A DNA stretch of 64,000 bases, from the NCBI GenBank assembly GCA_963668175.1, contig OY764159.1:3296001-3360000 (forward strand), given 5' to 3'. Both the position numbers and the translations under genes were made by a program. The notes beneath the pieces are model-generated. The model saw only the letters and a program-made list of their open reading frames with translations, was not told the DNA's origin and ran no database searches. Of this stretch, positions 48,689 through 57,478 are shown piece after piece. The first letter of the stretch is position 1; every line of letters starts with the position of its first letter. Source of the stretch: Syntrophales bacterium (lineage in GTDB: Bacteria > Desulfobacterota > Syntrophia > Syntrophales > PHBD01).

Positions 48689-49669
48689 ATGTCCATGCCG
48701 AATTTCACCTATGTGCGTCCCAAGTCGCTCAGGGAGGTCCATGCCCACCTCGCCTCCGGCAACGCCCGCCTCCACGCCGGCGGGACCGACCTTCTGGGAT
48801 GTTTGCGCGACGGCGTCTTCAAGGCGGATAAGGTCGTGAGCATCAGTCGTCTCGAACCGCTCAGGAAGATCGAGCGTCTGAAGGACGGATCGTTGCGCAT
48901 CGGAGCCCTCGCCACCATTGCCGCCCTGGCGGCCGACGGCTGGATCGGGGAATCCTACCCTGCCCTCGCCCGGGCCGCTCTGGAGGTTGCCAGCCCCCAG
49001 CTCCGCAACCAGGGAACGATCGGGGGCAATCTCTGCCAGAAGCCGCGCTGCTGGTACTACCGGGGGGATTTTCACTGCAGCCGCAAAGGCGGCGATCGCT
49101 GCTATGCGGCTATAGGCGAGAACCAGTATCACGGTATCTTCGGGGGCCGGGGGTGCTTCATCGTCCATCCGTCGGATACGGCGCCGGCCCTGATGGCCTA
49201 TGGGGCTTCGGTCGAGATCGCCGGAGCCGGCAGGAAGAGGCGCGTCCCCCTCGATAAATTCTTCGTCCTGCCCGCCCAATCCGTGACCAGGGAGACGATC
49301 CTCGAAGCGGGCGAGGTCCTGACGGCCGTTCTTCTGCCTCCCCCGGTGCCGGGAACCAGGAGTTCCTACCGCAAGGTCCGCACGCGCGGCTCCTGGGATT
49401 TCGCCCTGGCCGGGGTAGCCCTCAATCTGCGTTTCGACGGCAACAGGGTGGCCGGGGCCCGGATTGTCCTGAGCGGCGCCGCGCCGATTCCCTGGCGAAG
49501 CATGGAAGCCGAAAAGGCCGTCACGGGTCAGGTCCTTGACGGCGAAACCGCCGCCCGGGCAGCGGAAGCCGCCATGCAAGACGCGCGGCCCCTCCGCGAC
49601 AACAGCTACAAGATCGGCCTCTTCAAGGGTTTGATGGCCGAGGAGCTTCTGGCCCACGGCGAGGCCTGA
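48689..49669 (+). CDS. FAD-binding subunit with 4Fe-4S insert (PaoB-like)
   Basis: AGGTDLL, ASPQLRNQGTIGGN, RCWYYR..C..C..C..HPSD; start 48683 or 48689. Confidence 0.92.
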   Translation: MSMPNFTYVRPKSLREVHAHLASGNARLHAGGTDLLGCLRDGVFKADKVVSISRLEPLRKIERLKDGSLRIGALATIAALAADGWIGESYPALARAALEVASPQLRNQGTIGGNLCQKPRCWYYRGDFHCSRKGGDRCYAAIGENQYHGIFGGRGCFIVHPSDTAPALMAYGASVEIAGAGRKRRVPLDKFFVLPAQSVTRETILEAGEVLTAVLLPPPVPGTRSSYRKVRTRGSWDFALAGVALNLRFDGNRVAGARIVLSGAAPIPWRSMEAEKAVTGQVLDGETAARAAEAAMQDARPLRDNSYKIGLFKGLMAEELLAHGEA

Positions 49670-49810
49670 CGCCTCCGGGACGCCGGCGGCAGCCCGGAAA
49701 TATACCCCGCCAGCAATAATCTCCGGCGGCGGCTGGAACCGTTGCAACGTCGCGAATGCCCGGCCTGCGATCCATCCGTTTTTTCCGCAGATTCATGCCC
49801 GTTTTTTCTC

Positions 49811-49839
49811 TTGACATCGGTTTGATATCAAACTAATAT
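49811..49839 (+). promoter_or_regulatory. marR promoter with operator in the spacer
   Basis: TTGACA-N17-TAATAT; perfect palindrome GTTTGATATCAAAC at 49820-49833. Confidence 0.8.
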
Positions 49840-49845
49840 AGCCCC

Positions 49846-50268
49846 ATGAAGAGAGACCACATCATTTTTCTCATCGGCCGGATTCACTACAAGGCCCAGC
49901 GGCTTCTCGAACGGGAAATGAAGGCCCGCGGCATCGAGGGGCTCGCCCCTTCCCATGGGGAAATTCTGGGATCGCTGATCTTCAAGGGCCCCCTCTCCAT
50001 GACGGAGATCGCCCGGATCATCGACAGGGACAAATCGACGATCACCGCCCTCGTCGGCAAACTGATCCGCCTGGGCTACGTGGAAAAACGGACACACGAA
50101 GGCGACCGCCGGATGGCCCTCGTCGCCGTGACGAAGAAGGGGGCGGCGCTGAAGCCGGCCTTCGTCGCCATCGCCATGAAGCTGCGCACCCTCTCTTACA
50201 GGGACACGACGGACGACGAGAGGGACGAGTTGTACCGTCTGCTTTCGAAGATCAACGGCAACCTCTGA
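49846..50268 (+). CDS. MarR family regulator
   Basis: LSMTEIA..DKSTITALVGKL..GYV..DRR..TKKG. Confidence 0.9.
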   Translation: MKRDHIIFLIGRIHYKAQRLLEREMKARGIEGLAPSHGEILGSLIFKGPLSMTEIARIIDRDKSTITALVGKLIRLGYVEKRTHEGDRRMALVAVTKKGAALKPAFVAIAMKLRTLSYRDTTDDERDELYRLLSKINGNL

Positions 50269-50283
50269 TTTTTTTGGCCTTAT

Positions 50284-50299
50284 AGTTTGATATCAAACT
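50284..50299. promoter_or_regulatory. Second copy of the MarR operator
   Basis: Perfect palindrome AGTTTGATATCAAACT. Confidence 0.8.
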
Positions 50300-50326
50300 T
50301 TTTATGCCTTGAAAGGAGAAGCGCAA

Positions 50327-51112
50327 ATGACCTACGACCATGTAATTCTGGAAAAAGAGGACCGGGTGGCCTTCGTCAGGATGAACCGTCCTGAAGCTTT
50401 CAACGCGGCCCATATCGGCCTTTTCGAGGACATCGTCCGCGCCCTGGAGGCATGCACGGTGGACGACGGGGTCAAGGCCGTCGTCCTCACGGGAGAAGGA
50501 AAGGCGTTTTGCGCCGGCGGCGACGTGGCGATGTTTCACAGTTTCGACGATCCCGGCGAGGGCATCCGGCAGTTGACGAAGCGCCTGCATTTTGTGATCT
50601 CGGGAATCCGCCGCATACCCAAACCGGTCATCGCCATGATCAACGGGACGGCGGCCGGCGCTGGCATAAGCCTGGCGGCCGCCTGTGACCTCCGGATATG
50701 CGCGAAATCCGCCAAATTCAGGCAGGCCTATACGTCGATCGGCCTCACGCCGGACGGGGCATGGAACCTGATCGTTCCGCTCCTGATCGGACTGGGCAAG
50801 GCGGCGGAACTCGCCTACCTCGACCCCGTCTTCGGCGCCGAAGAGGCATTGGCCATGGGATTCGTCAATCGGGTGGCCGAGGACGGCGAACTGGAAGAAA
50901 CAACCCGGCGGATCGCATCGAAGATGGCGGGTAGCGCAACCCGTTCTTTTGCCATCTTGAAAGAAAATTTCAATGAAGCCCTTCTCGGTTTGTTAGAGCG
51001 TCAGCTCGAAAGGGAGCGGGGAGGCATCATCCAGGCGGGAAAGACAGCGGACGCCAGGGAAGGCATCGCCGCTTTCATCGAAAAGAGACCGGCCATGTTC
51101 ACCGGCCGGTAA
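50327..51112 (+). CDS. Enoyl-CoA hydratase/isomerase (PaaG-like)
   Basis: NRPEAFNA, AFCAGGD, AAGAGISLAAACD, GLTPDG, EGIAAFIEKR. Confidence 0.88.
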   Translation: MTYDHVILEKEDRVAFVRMNRPEAFNAAHIGLFEDIVRALEACTVDDGVKAVVLTGEGKAFCAGGDVAMFHSFDDPGEGIRQLTKRLHFVISGIRRIPKPVIAMINGTAAGAGISLAAACDLRICAKSAKFRQAYTSIGLTPDGAWNLIVPLLIGLGKAAELAYLDPVFGAEEALAMGFVNRVAEDGELEETTRRIASKMAGSATRSFAILKENFNEALLGLLERQLERERGGIIQAGKTADAREGIAAFIEKRPAMFTGR

Positions 51113-51257
51113 AGGCATAGAAGCCTTTATGAAGGAATGCCTGCGAAGACGTCAGGACTTCTCCGACGGCGAAACAGGCCGTATATTCCAAGATCCTTTC
51201 ACCGTCCAATAACGTGAGAATCAGGCGCAGCCATACGTCTCGAACCGGGAATGCCGG

Positions 51258-51665
51258 TTACATAACGCCTTTCCGGTTCATGAACGGACCGTATTTCTTG
51301 TCTTCGAGCATGATATGCTTCGTCAGCCAATCGGACAGGAAATCGGTCACGGCCGTGCCGAGAACGGTGCTTCCGTCGTCATGCTGTTTCTTCAATTTCG
51401 CCACCTTGTCGATAAACTTCTTATGCTCGTTCTTCTGTCCGGCTTCATCGGGATATTCGTACAGGGCGAACAGCTTCTCTTCCTCGGCAAAATGCATTCC
51501 CGCGTAACGAAGGAGAACATCCAGCGTCCCGCCGACGGTTTCCCTCGTTTTTCGCCTGACGATCGCGTCGTTTAAATCATTGATCAAATCTATGAACTTT
51601 CTATGCTGCCTGTCCATTTCCGCCACGTGAACGCTTAAATCCTTATTCCAGGCGATCAGGGCCAT
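51258..51665 (-). CDS. Bacteriohemerythrin
   Basis: MDRQH, HFAEEE, YP..QKNEH, WLTKHIMLEDKKY. Confidence 0.9.
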   Translation of the reverse strand: MALIAWNKDLSVHVAEMDRQHRKFIDLINDLNDAIVRRKTRETVGGTLDVLLRYAGMHFAEEEKLFALYEYPDEAGQKNEHKKFIDKVAKLKKQHDDGSTVLGTAVTDFLSDWLTKHIMLEDKKYGPFMNRKGVM

Positions 51666-51758
51666 TTTTCCGCATCCTTTCCTTCATGGAAATACTCAGC
51701 CTCTTTCCAGGCATTACGAATGTTTGCCGGCTTTTACGAAACCCCGTCATACCCGGAG

Positions 51759-52763
51759 TCAGCGGAACAGCATGACGAACTTCTCGAAGAGCTGCGGATG
51801 GAAATGGTTGATCATATCCTCCTTCATGATCCGCAGGGCCTCGAACGGCTTCAGACTGGGCTTATAGGAACGTTCGGCCGTGAGGGCGTCGTATACGTCG
51901 GCGATGCTCGAAATGCGGCCGTAGATATGAATCTGGTCCCCCTGGAGGCGGCGCGGGTACCCGTTGCCGTCCTCCCGCTCGTGATGTTGCATGGCAATGA
52001 TGCGGCATTCCTCCGTCAACTGTCCGGCTTCGGAGAGAATCTTGTAGCTCTGATAAGGATGGCTTCTCATCTTCTTCATCTCATCTTCCGTGAGTATCCC
52101 GGGTTTGTTGATGATGGCCGGATCGACCCGGACCTTGCCCAGGTCGTGAAGGAAATAACCGGCGCCCAATTCGTGCATGTCGTGGCCGTCGCTTTCGGCG
52201 AAGAGCAGGTTCGAGAGCATGACGCCGAGGACGCCGACATTGACGGAGTGGGTATACGTATAAAAATCGTGGGTGGTAATCGTCAGCATATGCCTGGCCG
52301 TGGCATCGTCGGAAATGATGACGTCGACCACACGGCTGATTTCCTCCTTGACGGCGCGAATGTTCTCCACCTTGGGATCTTCAAATAGGCGCTTCATCAT
52401 TTTAAGGGAAGCGAGGTAGACGACTTCGGCCTTCCGCTGTTTCGGCATGCGGCTGTCCGCCAGGGCGTTTTTCAGTTCTTCCGGAATCAGCTTCTCCGGC
52501 TCCCACGTGGCGGGTATCCGGTGTTTCGGGGCTGGGGCTTCCGCCCTGTGACTCATCACATCGATATTGGGAAAGGACAATCCCTTCGCCGTATCGATGT
52601 CCAACTCTCTCAGTCCCGTCTCGGCGATCCGGTCGATATCGGCCTGGGTTTTCACGATAAAGCGGCCCTTGAAGAAGGGGTGCTTGAACCATGAAGACGG
52701 CAGGATGACATACATACCGATCTTCAGGTCGGCGATCTCGATCGTCTTGATCATGGGCTTCAC
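51759..52763 (-). CDS. HD-GYP c-di-GMP phosphodiesterase with DUF3391-like N-terminus
   Basis: LKIGMYV, YTYTHSVNV, LHDLGK, HHEREDGNGYP, IADVYDALT; start may be ATG 52754. Confidence 0.9.
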   Translation of the reverse strand: MKPMIKTIEIADLKIGMYVILPSSWFKHPFFKGRFIVKTQADIDRIAETGLRELDIDTAKGLSFPNIDVMSHRAEAPAPKHRIPATWEPEKLIPEELKNALADSRMPKQRKAEVVYLASLKMMKRLFEDPKVENIRAVKEEISRVVDVIISDDATARHMLTITTHDFYTYTHSVNVGVLGVMLSNLLFAESDGHDMHELGAGYFLHDLGKVRVDPAIINKPGILTEDEMKKMRSHPYQSYKILSEAGQLTEECRIIAMQHHEREDGNGYPRRLQGDQIHIYGRISSIADVYDALTAERSYKPSLKPFEALRIMKEDMINHFHPQLFEKFVMLFR

Positions 52764-52898
52764 CTGGACCGATGGGGCCGTAAAGTCTGATTATAAAATT
52801 TGCAAGAAACAGGCCAGGCTGTATTGACCGCCGCAACGACGATCCTTGCCGTATGCCGCGAGCCGAAGCCGAATCGGGGTGTACAGGCGGATGACGAA

Positions 52899-53495
52899 TC
52901 AGGGGTTTTCGGCCTGGCCGACATCGAGCCACTCGGCCAGCATGGCGGCGTGATCCGGATCCATGTGAAGTGTGGAATAGAGGTAAATCCCCGAGATGGA
53001 TGTTGATGTTCTCGTAATATCGCTGAATTCCCGCATTGCGGCCATTTTGGCAAGACAATCGAGGACCATCTGGAGGCCGAGATCAAAAGGCGGACGTGTG
53101 AAGAGATCAAGCGCGACAGGCCTGCCGTAAATGCCCGTCGCCCGGCGGACCGTGCCGGCAATGAGCTTCAGGACGTCCTCCCGTTTGTCGAGCAGAATCC
53201 GGGCATAGGCGCCGGTCATGCTATGCAGGGAGTAAAAGCAGGGCGGTCCCGTCCCCGTCAGCATCTGCAAATCGTCGTATTCCCGGATCATGGTCTCAAG
53301 TATCGCGGCGGTTTCGCTTTCGTCCGTTTCCTCCGGATACGGAAAACCGGCCTTCCTCTCGCGCAGCAAGGCGATCAATTCGGGTGCGGATATCAGCTCA
53401 AAGGCGGCGCTTTTTTCGCGAATCGCCGATGCGACGGCCTCTGCGGCGGTCGCCTGGGGCTCCCGATCATTCGTGCCGCTTGCGCGCCGTTTCAT
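52899..53495 (-). CDS. ydhW: YdhW-like accessory protein
   Basis: ATGA overlap after ydhV; YS..MT..YA, PPF, YLYST..M...A..LAEW pattern. Confidence 0.65.
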   Translation of the reverse strand: MKRRASGTNDREPQATAAEAVASAIREKSAAFELISAPELIALLRERKAGFPYPEETDESETAAILETMIREYDDLQMLTGTGPPCFYSLHSMTGAYARILLDKREDVLKLIAGTVRRATGIYGRPVALDLFTRPPFDLGLQMVLDCLAKMAAMREFSDITRTSTSISGIYLYSTLHMDPDHAAMLAEWLDVGQAENP

Positions 53496-55600
53496 GCCGG
53501 CACCAGATTCTGCTTGGCGAGCGCGGCCGCGACCTCTCCCATGCCGAATTTCCGGTAAGTCTTCGCCGTCGGCGCGCCCGTCGCCCGGTCCCAGCCCAGT
53601 TCGTCGTAGAACATGTCCACGGCGGTCCGGACGTCCTTCCTGTCCATGCGGGTCGTACCCTTCGTGAACGGCGGCTTGCCCGATTTGTCCTTGTAGGCCC
53701 ATTCGGGGATCGTGTCGTGGCGTGTGCGCATTTCCTTCGTCCCCATGCCCCGGATCGTCAGCGCCCGGTGAAGCTGGAAGATGCGTTCCGCGACGGCGTC
53801 GAGTTCCTGCCGGTCCTTGTCGTCGCCCGTCGCCAGTTTGTAGAGCATCGATTCGATGGAGTTATCGCCTCGATAGCCGCGCGCCTTGAGGGGCGATGCC
53901 ACCCACGGCCCCATCCAGTTGCATAGGGAGATCGAATCGTGCAGTTCCTTGCGAAGAAGAGCCCACTTGGCCATTTTCGCCTTTGAAACATGCATCGGCC
54001 TGTAATCGCCCAAGTCGTCCACGGCTTCGGGCGCACCCCAGAGTTCGGCGGCCAGCGTCTTCTGCACCGGCAGCGGCAACCCGCAGCGAATGAAATTGGA
54101 ATGGGAATGGCACTGGGCGTCGCGGTTGTAGGGAAGATTGATGAGGAGTCCGCACTGGCCCACTTCTTCCGAGGCGTGATGTTTGGGATGGCCCATCTTC
54201 CAGTAGGCGAGATCCTTGTCATTGCCCCATCCGGCTTCCGACAGGGACCAGCGCTCCAAAAGCCCGCCCGTCCCCAAGCCCAGGACCGTGGCGAGTTCTC
54301 CGTCTTTCGCGGCAATACGCGGCAGGAGTTCGAAGAGGAACTCGGGATCGCCTTTTTCGTATTTGGACCAGGAGTAGCTTTGATATTCCTTGGCACCCAG
54401 CTTCTTCCGGAGGGTGCCGTCGTAGTAAAGCTTGATCAGGTCGCGCTGCATCTGCCCGTAATTGCACCAGATGCCGAGGTCGTCGGCCAGATGCATGCCG
54501 ACCATGCAGGCCTCCAGGCTGATCTGCCCCTTCGGCCCGCCGGGCAAATCCTTGAAGAAGGCGCGGCCGAAGTTGAGGCCGGCGCAGGTGTTCTGCCCTT
54601 CCGCGGGAATGCCGTATTTGGACGAGACGGCGGGGACTTTGAGTATCGTGTGGCAGCGGATTGGGCAGCTCGTGCAGCCGTTCCCCCGGACCGTATACTG
54701 CCAGGCGACATCGCCGAGGAAAAAGGCGGCATTGTTCGACCGGTAGGCGATCCGGTTCGTATCGCGGGGATCGCAGGTACCCGTTTCGACTGGTCTCGGT
54801 GCGGCACCCCAGCGGTTTCCCCGGGAGGCGTTCCATCGTGTTTTCGGGTCGTAAAACTCCGCCCAGGGCTGGGGCGAGTTGGGAACGACGTGCTGGTTGT
54901 TTCCGCCCAAAAGAGAAAGATGGTACTTGATCAGTTGCTCCCACGCCTCCGGCTTGGCGGCGATACGGACGCTGCCCGTGCCCCGGATGCCGATGGCCTT
55001 GATGTTCTTCGACCCCATAACCGAGCCGATGCCGCCGGCCGAATGGGAGACAGCATTCATCACGACGGACATGGGCACCAGGTTTTCTCCCGCCTGACCG
55101 ATGGCGGCGACGACCGACTCCGGACCCATGATTTCCGATATGGCCAATGTCGCGGAGCGGATACCCTGCCCCCACAGCCTGCGGGCGTCGCGGATCTCGA
55201 CCTTGTCGTCGTCGATCATCAGCCACACGGGGCGGTCCGCCTTCCCGTGAATAACAACGGCGTCGTAGCCCGCGTACTTGAGCTTGGCGGCAAACTGCCC
55301 GCCCATGTGCCCGGACGCCACGAGGGGCAGGGGCCAGCACGTTGGCCAGAGGGTCGTGACAGCCGTCCGGCCGTTGCAGGGCGCGCCGGTTCCGGCCAGC
55401 GGCCCCACGGCAAAGACGATCCGGTTTTCCGGGTCGAAGGGTTTCGTCCCAGCCGGGACCTCGTCCCACATCACTTTGTAGCCGATACCCGTACCGCCCA
55501 GATAATCCTTGTACCGCTCGATCGTATCTTCAGTCCAGATCCTGCCGGTCGAAAGATCGACACGCAGAACCTTGCCGGACCAGCCGCCGTACTGTTTCAT
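53492..55600 (-). CDS. ydhV: YdhV-type aldehyde ferredoxin oxidoreductase family enzyme
   Basis: GW.G..LRVDL, NNQHVVP..PQPWAEF, GCTSCPIRC, DDLGIWCNYGQ, LCNW, SPLK.R.YRGD; closely follows recalled E. coli YdhV. Confidence 0.9.
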   Translation of the reverse strand: MKQYGGWSGKVLRVDLSTGRIWTEDTIERYKDYLGGTGIGYKVMWDEVPAGTKPFDPENRIVFAVGPLAGTGAPCNGRTAVTTLWPTCWPLPLVASGHMGGQFAAKLKYAGYDAVVIHGKADRPVWLMIDDDKVEIRDARRLWGQGIRSATLAISEIMGPESVVAAIGQAGENLVPMSVVMNAVSHSAGGIGSVMGSKNIKAIGIRGTGSVRIAAKPEAWEQLIKYHLSLLGGNNQHVVPNSPQPWAEFYDPKTRWNASRGNRWGAAPRPVETGTCDPRDTNRIAYRSNNAAFFLGDVAWQYTVRGNGCTSCPIRCHTILKVPAVSSKYGIPAEGQNTCAGLNFGRAFFKDLPGGPKGQISLEACMVGMHLADDLGIWCNYGQMQRDLIKLYYDGTLRKKLGAKEYQSYSWSKYEKGDPEFLFELLPRIAAKDGELATVLGLGTGGLLERWSLSEAGWGNDKDLAYWKMGHPKHHASEEVGQCGLLINLPYNRDAQCHSHSNFIRCGLPLPVQKTLAAELWGAPEAVDDLGDYRPMHVSKAKMAKWALLRKELHDSISLCNWMGPWVASPLKARGYRGDNSIESMLYKLATGDDKDRQELDAVAERIFQLHRALTIRGMGTKEMRTRHDTIPEWAYKDKSGKPPFTKGTTRMDRKDVRTAVDMFYDELGWDRATGAPTAKTYRKFGMGEVAAALAKQNLVPA

Positions 55601-55611
55601 TTTTCACCTTC

Positions 55612-56313
55612 TCACGGCTCCGCCTCTTCGCCGGGGACCGGACCCGTCTGAATCACTTTGATTGCAGCCTTTTCATTATCACGGCCGCCCGCTCGTTCGC
55701 CAGCCGCCTCCTCCTCAAAGCCGGTAATCATCGCCTTCGTGTGGGCAAAGAACGTCTCTCCCAGGGTCGCCATATAGAGATGGACGATCAAATAGAGAAC
55801 AAGGAGATAGGCGACGGCCACATGGACGGCGTCCAATAGGCCGACAGCATCCCACGCCAGGAGCGGGCGCCGGACCAGCGGCAGGTCGACGAAGAGAAGC
55901 CCCGTTACGGCCTGTATCGGCATGAGGACGAGCATGACGGTCCCGTAGGCAATCTTCTGCAGCGGATTGTATTTGTTAAGGGGCGTGGCGCGGAAGGGAT
56001 TCCTCTCGCCCTTGAAGATGGAAACAAGGTAGAAACGCACCTGGGCGGGAACGGCCTTGAGGTCTTTCCCCGTCAGACCGTAATGGCGTTTAAACCTGCT
56101 GCCCAGTAAATTATAAAGAAACCAGCAGAGCGTCGTGGCGACAGCTCCGTAGCCGATAATCCTGTGCCATGCCAGGACCGGATCGTGGGGATGAAGGTCC
56201 GCGATGCCTCGCGCGCGGAGGTACCAGCCGGTCGCGATCAGGACAATGACGAACAGGGCGCTCGTCCAGTGCCATATCCGGAGGGGCAGGGTGTGAAGGT
56301 AGACGCGCTTCAT
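55612..56313 (-). CDS. Cytochrome b subunit (YdhU/PhsC-like)
   Basis: RIWHW, KYNPLQKIAY, AVH..IVHLYM; ATG 56313 overlaps the upstream stop. Confidence 0.85.
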   Translation of the reverse strand: MKRVYLHTLPLRIWHWTSALFVIVLIATGWYLRARGIADLHPHDPVLAWHRIIGYGAVATTLCWFLYNLLGSRFKRHYGLTGKDLKAVPAQVRFYLVSIFKGERNPFRATPLNKYNPLQKIAYGTVMLVLMPIQAVTGLLFVDLPLVRRPLLAWDAVGLLDAVHVAVAYLLVLYLIVHLYMATLGETFFAHTKAMITGFEEEAAGERAGGRDNEKAAIKVIQTGPVPGEEAEP

Positions 56314-57224
56314 GGTTTCTTCACCCTCCTCATGACGGCATGGACGAAGACCGACCCGATAGCGAGGGGAACGATGACCGCCCCGGCCCAATCGATCCAT
56401 CCGGCCCCGGCCGAACCCGCCGCCGGACGCCCTCCCCTCAGAAAACGCCAGACGGCGGACCCCGTTTCACGGATATTCCGCGCCTGGCCGGGCAGGTGGC
56501 ACTCCCGGCAGCTTGCGGCGCGTTGCGGCGGTATCGCCGCCGTCTGCGTATTGCGCCAGGGAGTCGTCCCCGTCAGATCGCGCCACGGCATATACTGGAG
56601 GGAGCCGGCCGGGCAGGCCTCCACGCATTTCGGCTTCCCCTCGCAGAGGTGGCACTTGGTCGCCTTCCGGCTGTCCGGGTCGTAGGAGATCATCTCCCAG
56701 GGACACGCCTTGAGGCATACCCGGCAGCCCGTGCATTTCTCCGGGTCGACCACTCTTGCGTTGGTCTTGGGGGATACGACGATCGCGTTTTCGGGACAGA
56801 TATCGGCGCAGGGCACCGGATGGGGGCACTGCTTGCAGAGGTCCTGCACGATGAGGCCGTCTCCCATATTGCCGTGGCCTTCGCGCCAGGCGGCGACGCC
56901 CCATACGCCGAAGTTGAGGTTCCGGTCCACCCTGATCCGCGATAGCGACGGCGCCGCCCTGCCGTCGTTGAATTCCGTGCAGGCCAGTTCGCAGCGCCCG
57001 CAGCCGACGCAGAGGACCGGATCGGCGATAATGAGGCCCTGGGCCTTCTCCATGATGATGACGGGCTTATCGGCCCCCCGGGCCAGGATGGGGTTCAGGA
57101 CGGACAGACCGATCACGGACGCCCCGCCCCAGACGAGGGTCTGCCGGCGGGTGCAGAGGGGATTCAGGCCGGGTTCGCTTTCCGTCGAGATGAAGGTTTC
57201 CTCGTGCATATGACGCGTTGTCAT
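56310..57224 (-). CDS. YdhY-like 4x4Fe-4S protein with C-terminal CxxCH and TM anchor
   Basis: TRRQTL; CVGCGRC, CKQC, CTGCRVC, CHLC; CRECH; hydrophobic tail. Confidence 0.85.
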   Translation of the reverse strand: MTTRHMHEETFISTESEPGLNPLCTRRQTLVWGGASVIGLSVLNPILARGADKPVIIMEKAQGLIIADPVLCVGCGRCELACTEFNDGRAAPSLSRIRVDRNLNFGVWGVAAWREGHGNMGDGLIVQDLCKQCPHPVPCADICPENAIVVSPKTNARVVDPEKCTGCRVCLKACPWEMISYDPDSRKATKCHLCEGKPKCVEACPAGSLQYMPWRDLTGTTPWRNTQTAAIPPQRAASCRECHLPGQARNIRETGSAVWRFLRGGRPAAGSAGAGWIDWAGAVIVPLAIGSVFVHAVMRRVKKP

Positions 57225-57478
57225 GATCTCAAACCAACCCGATCGTTACCTTACGGTTCGGGTTCCGGACGCCTGACCGGTCGGATTCGGACGGACGGGA
57301 GGGAGTCATGATCGTTTTACGGGTCGCGACGATCCGACCGGACTTATGTTCATAGTAACATAAAACGGAAAGCCAGACAAAAGAATTGATTGGTAGGGTC
57401 AAGCATGTATAACCCTGCGGCGCGCCGCGAATCCGCCCGGACGGGACAATTCGTTCCAAGGCCTTCTGCCTCTTCGTA

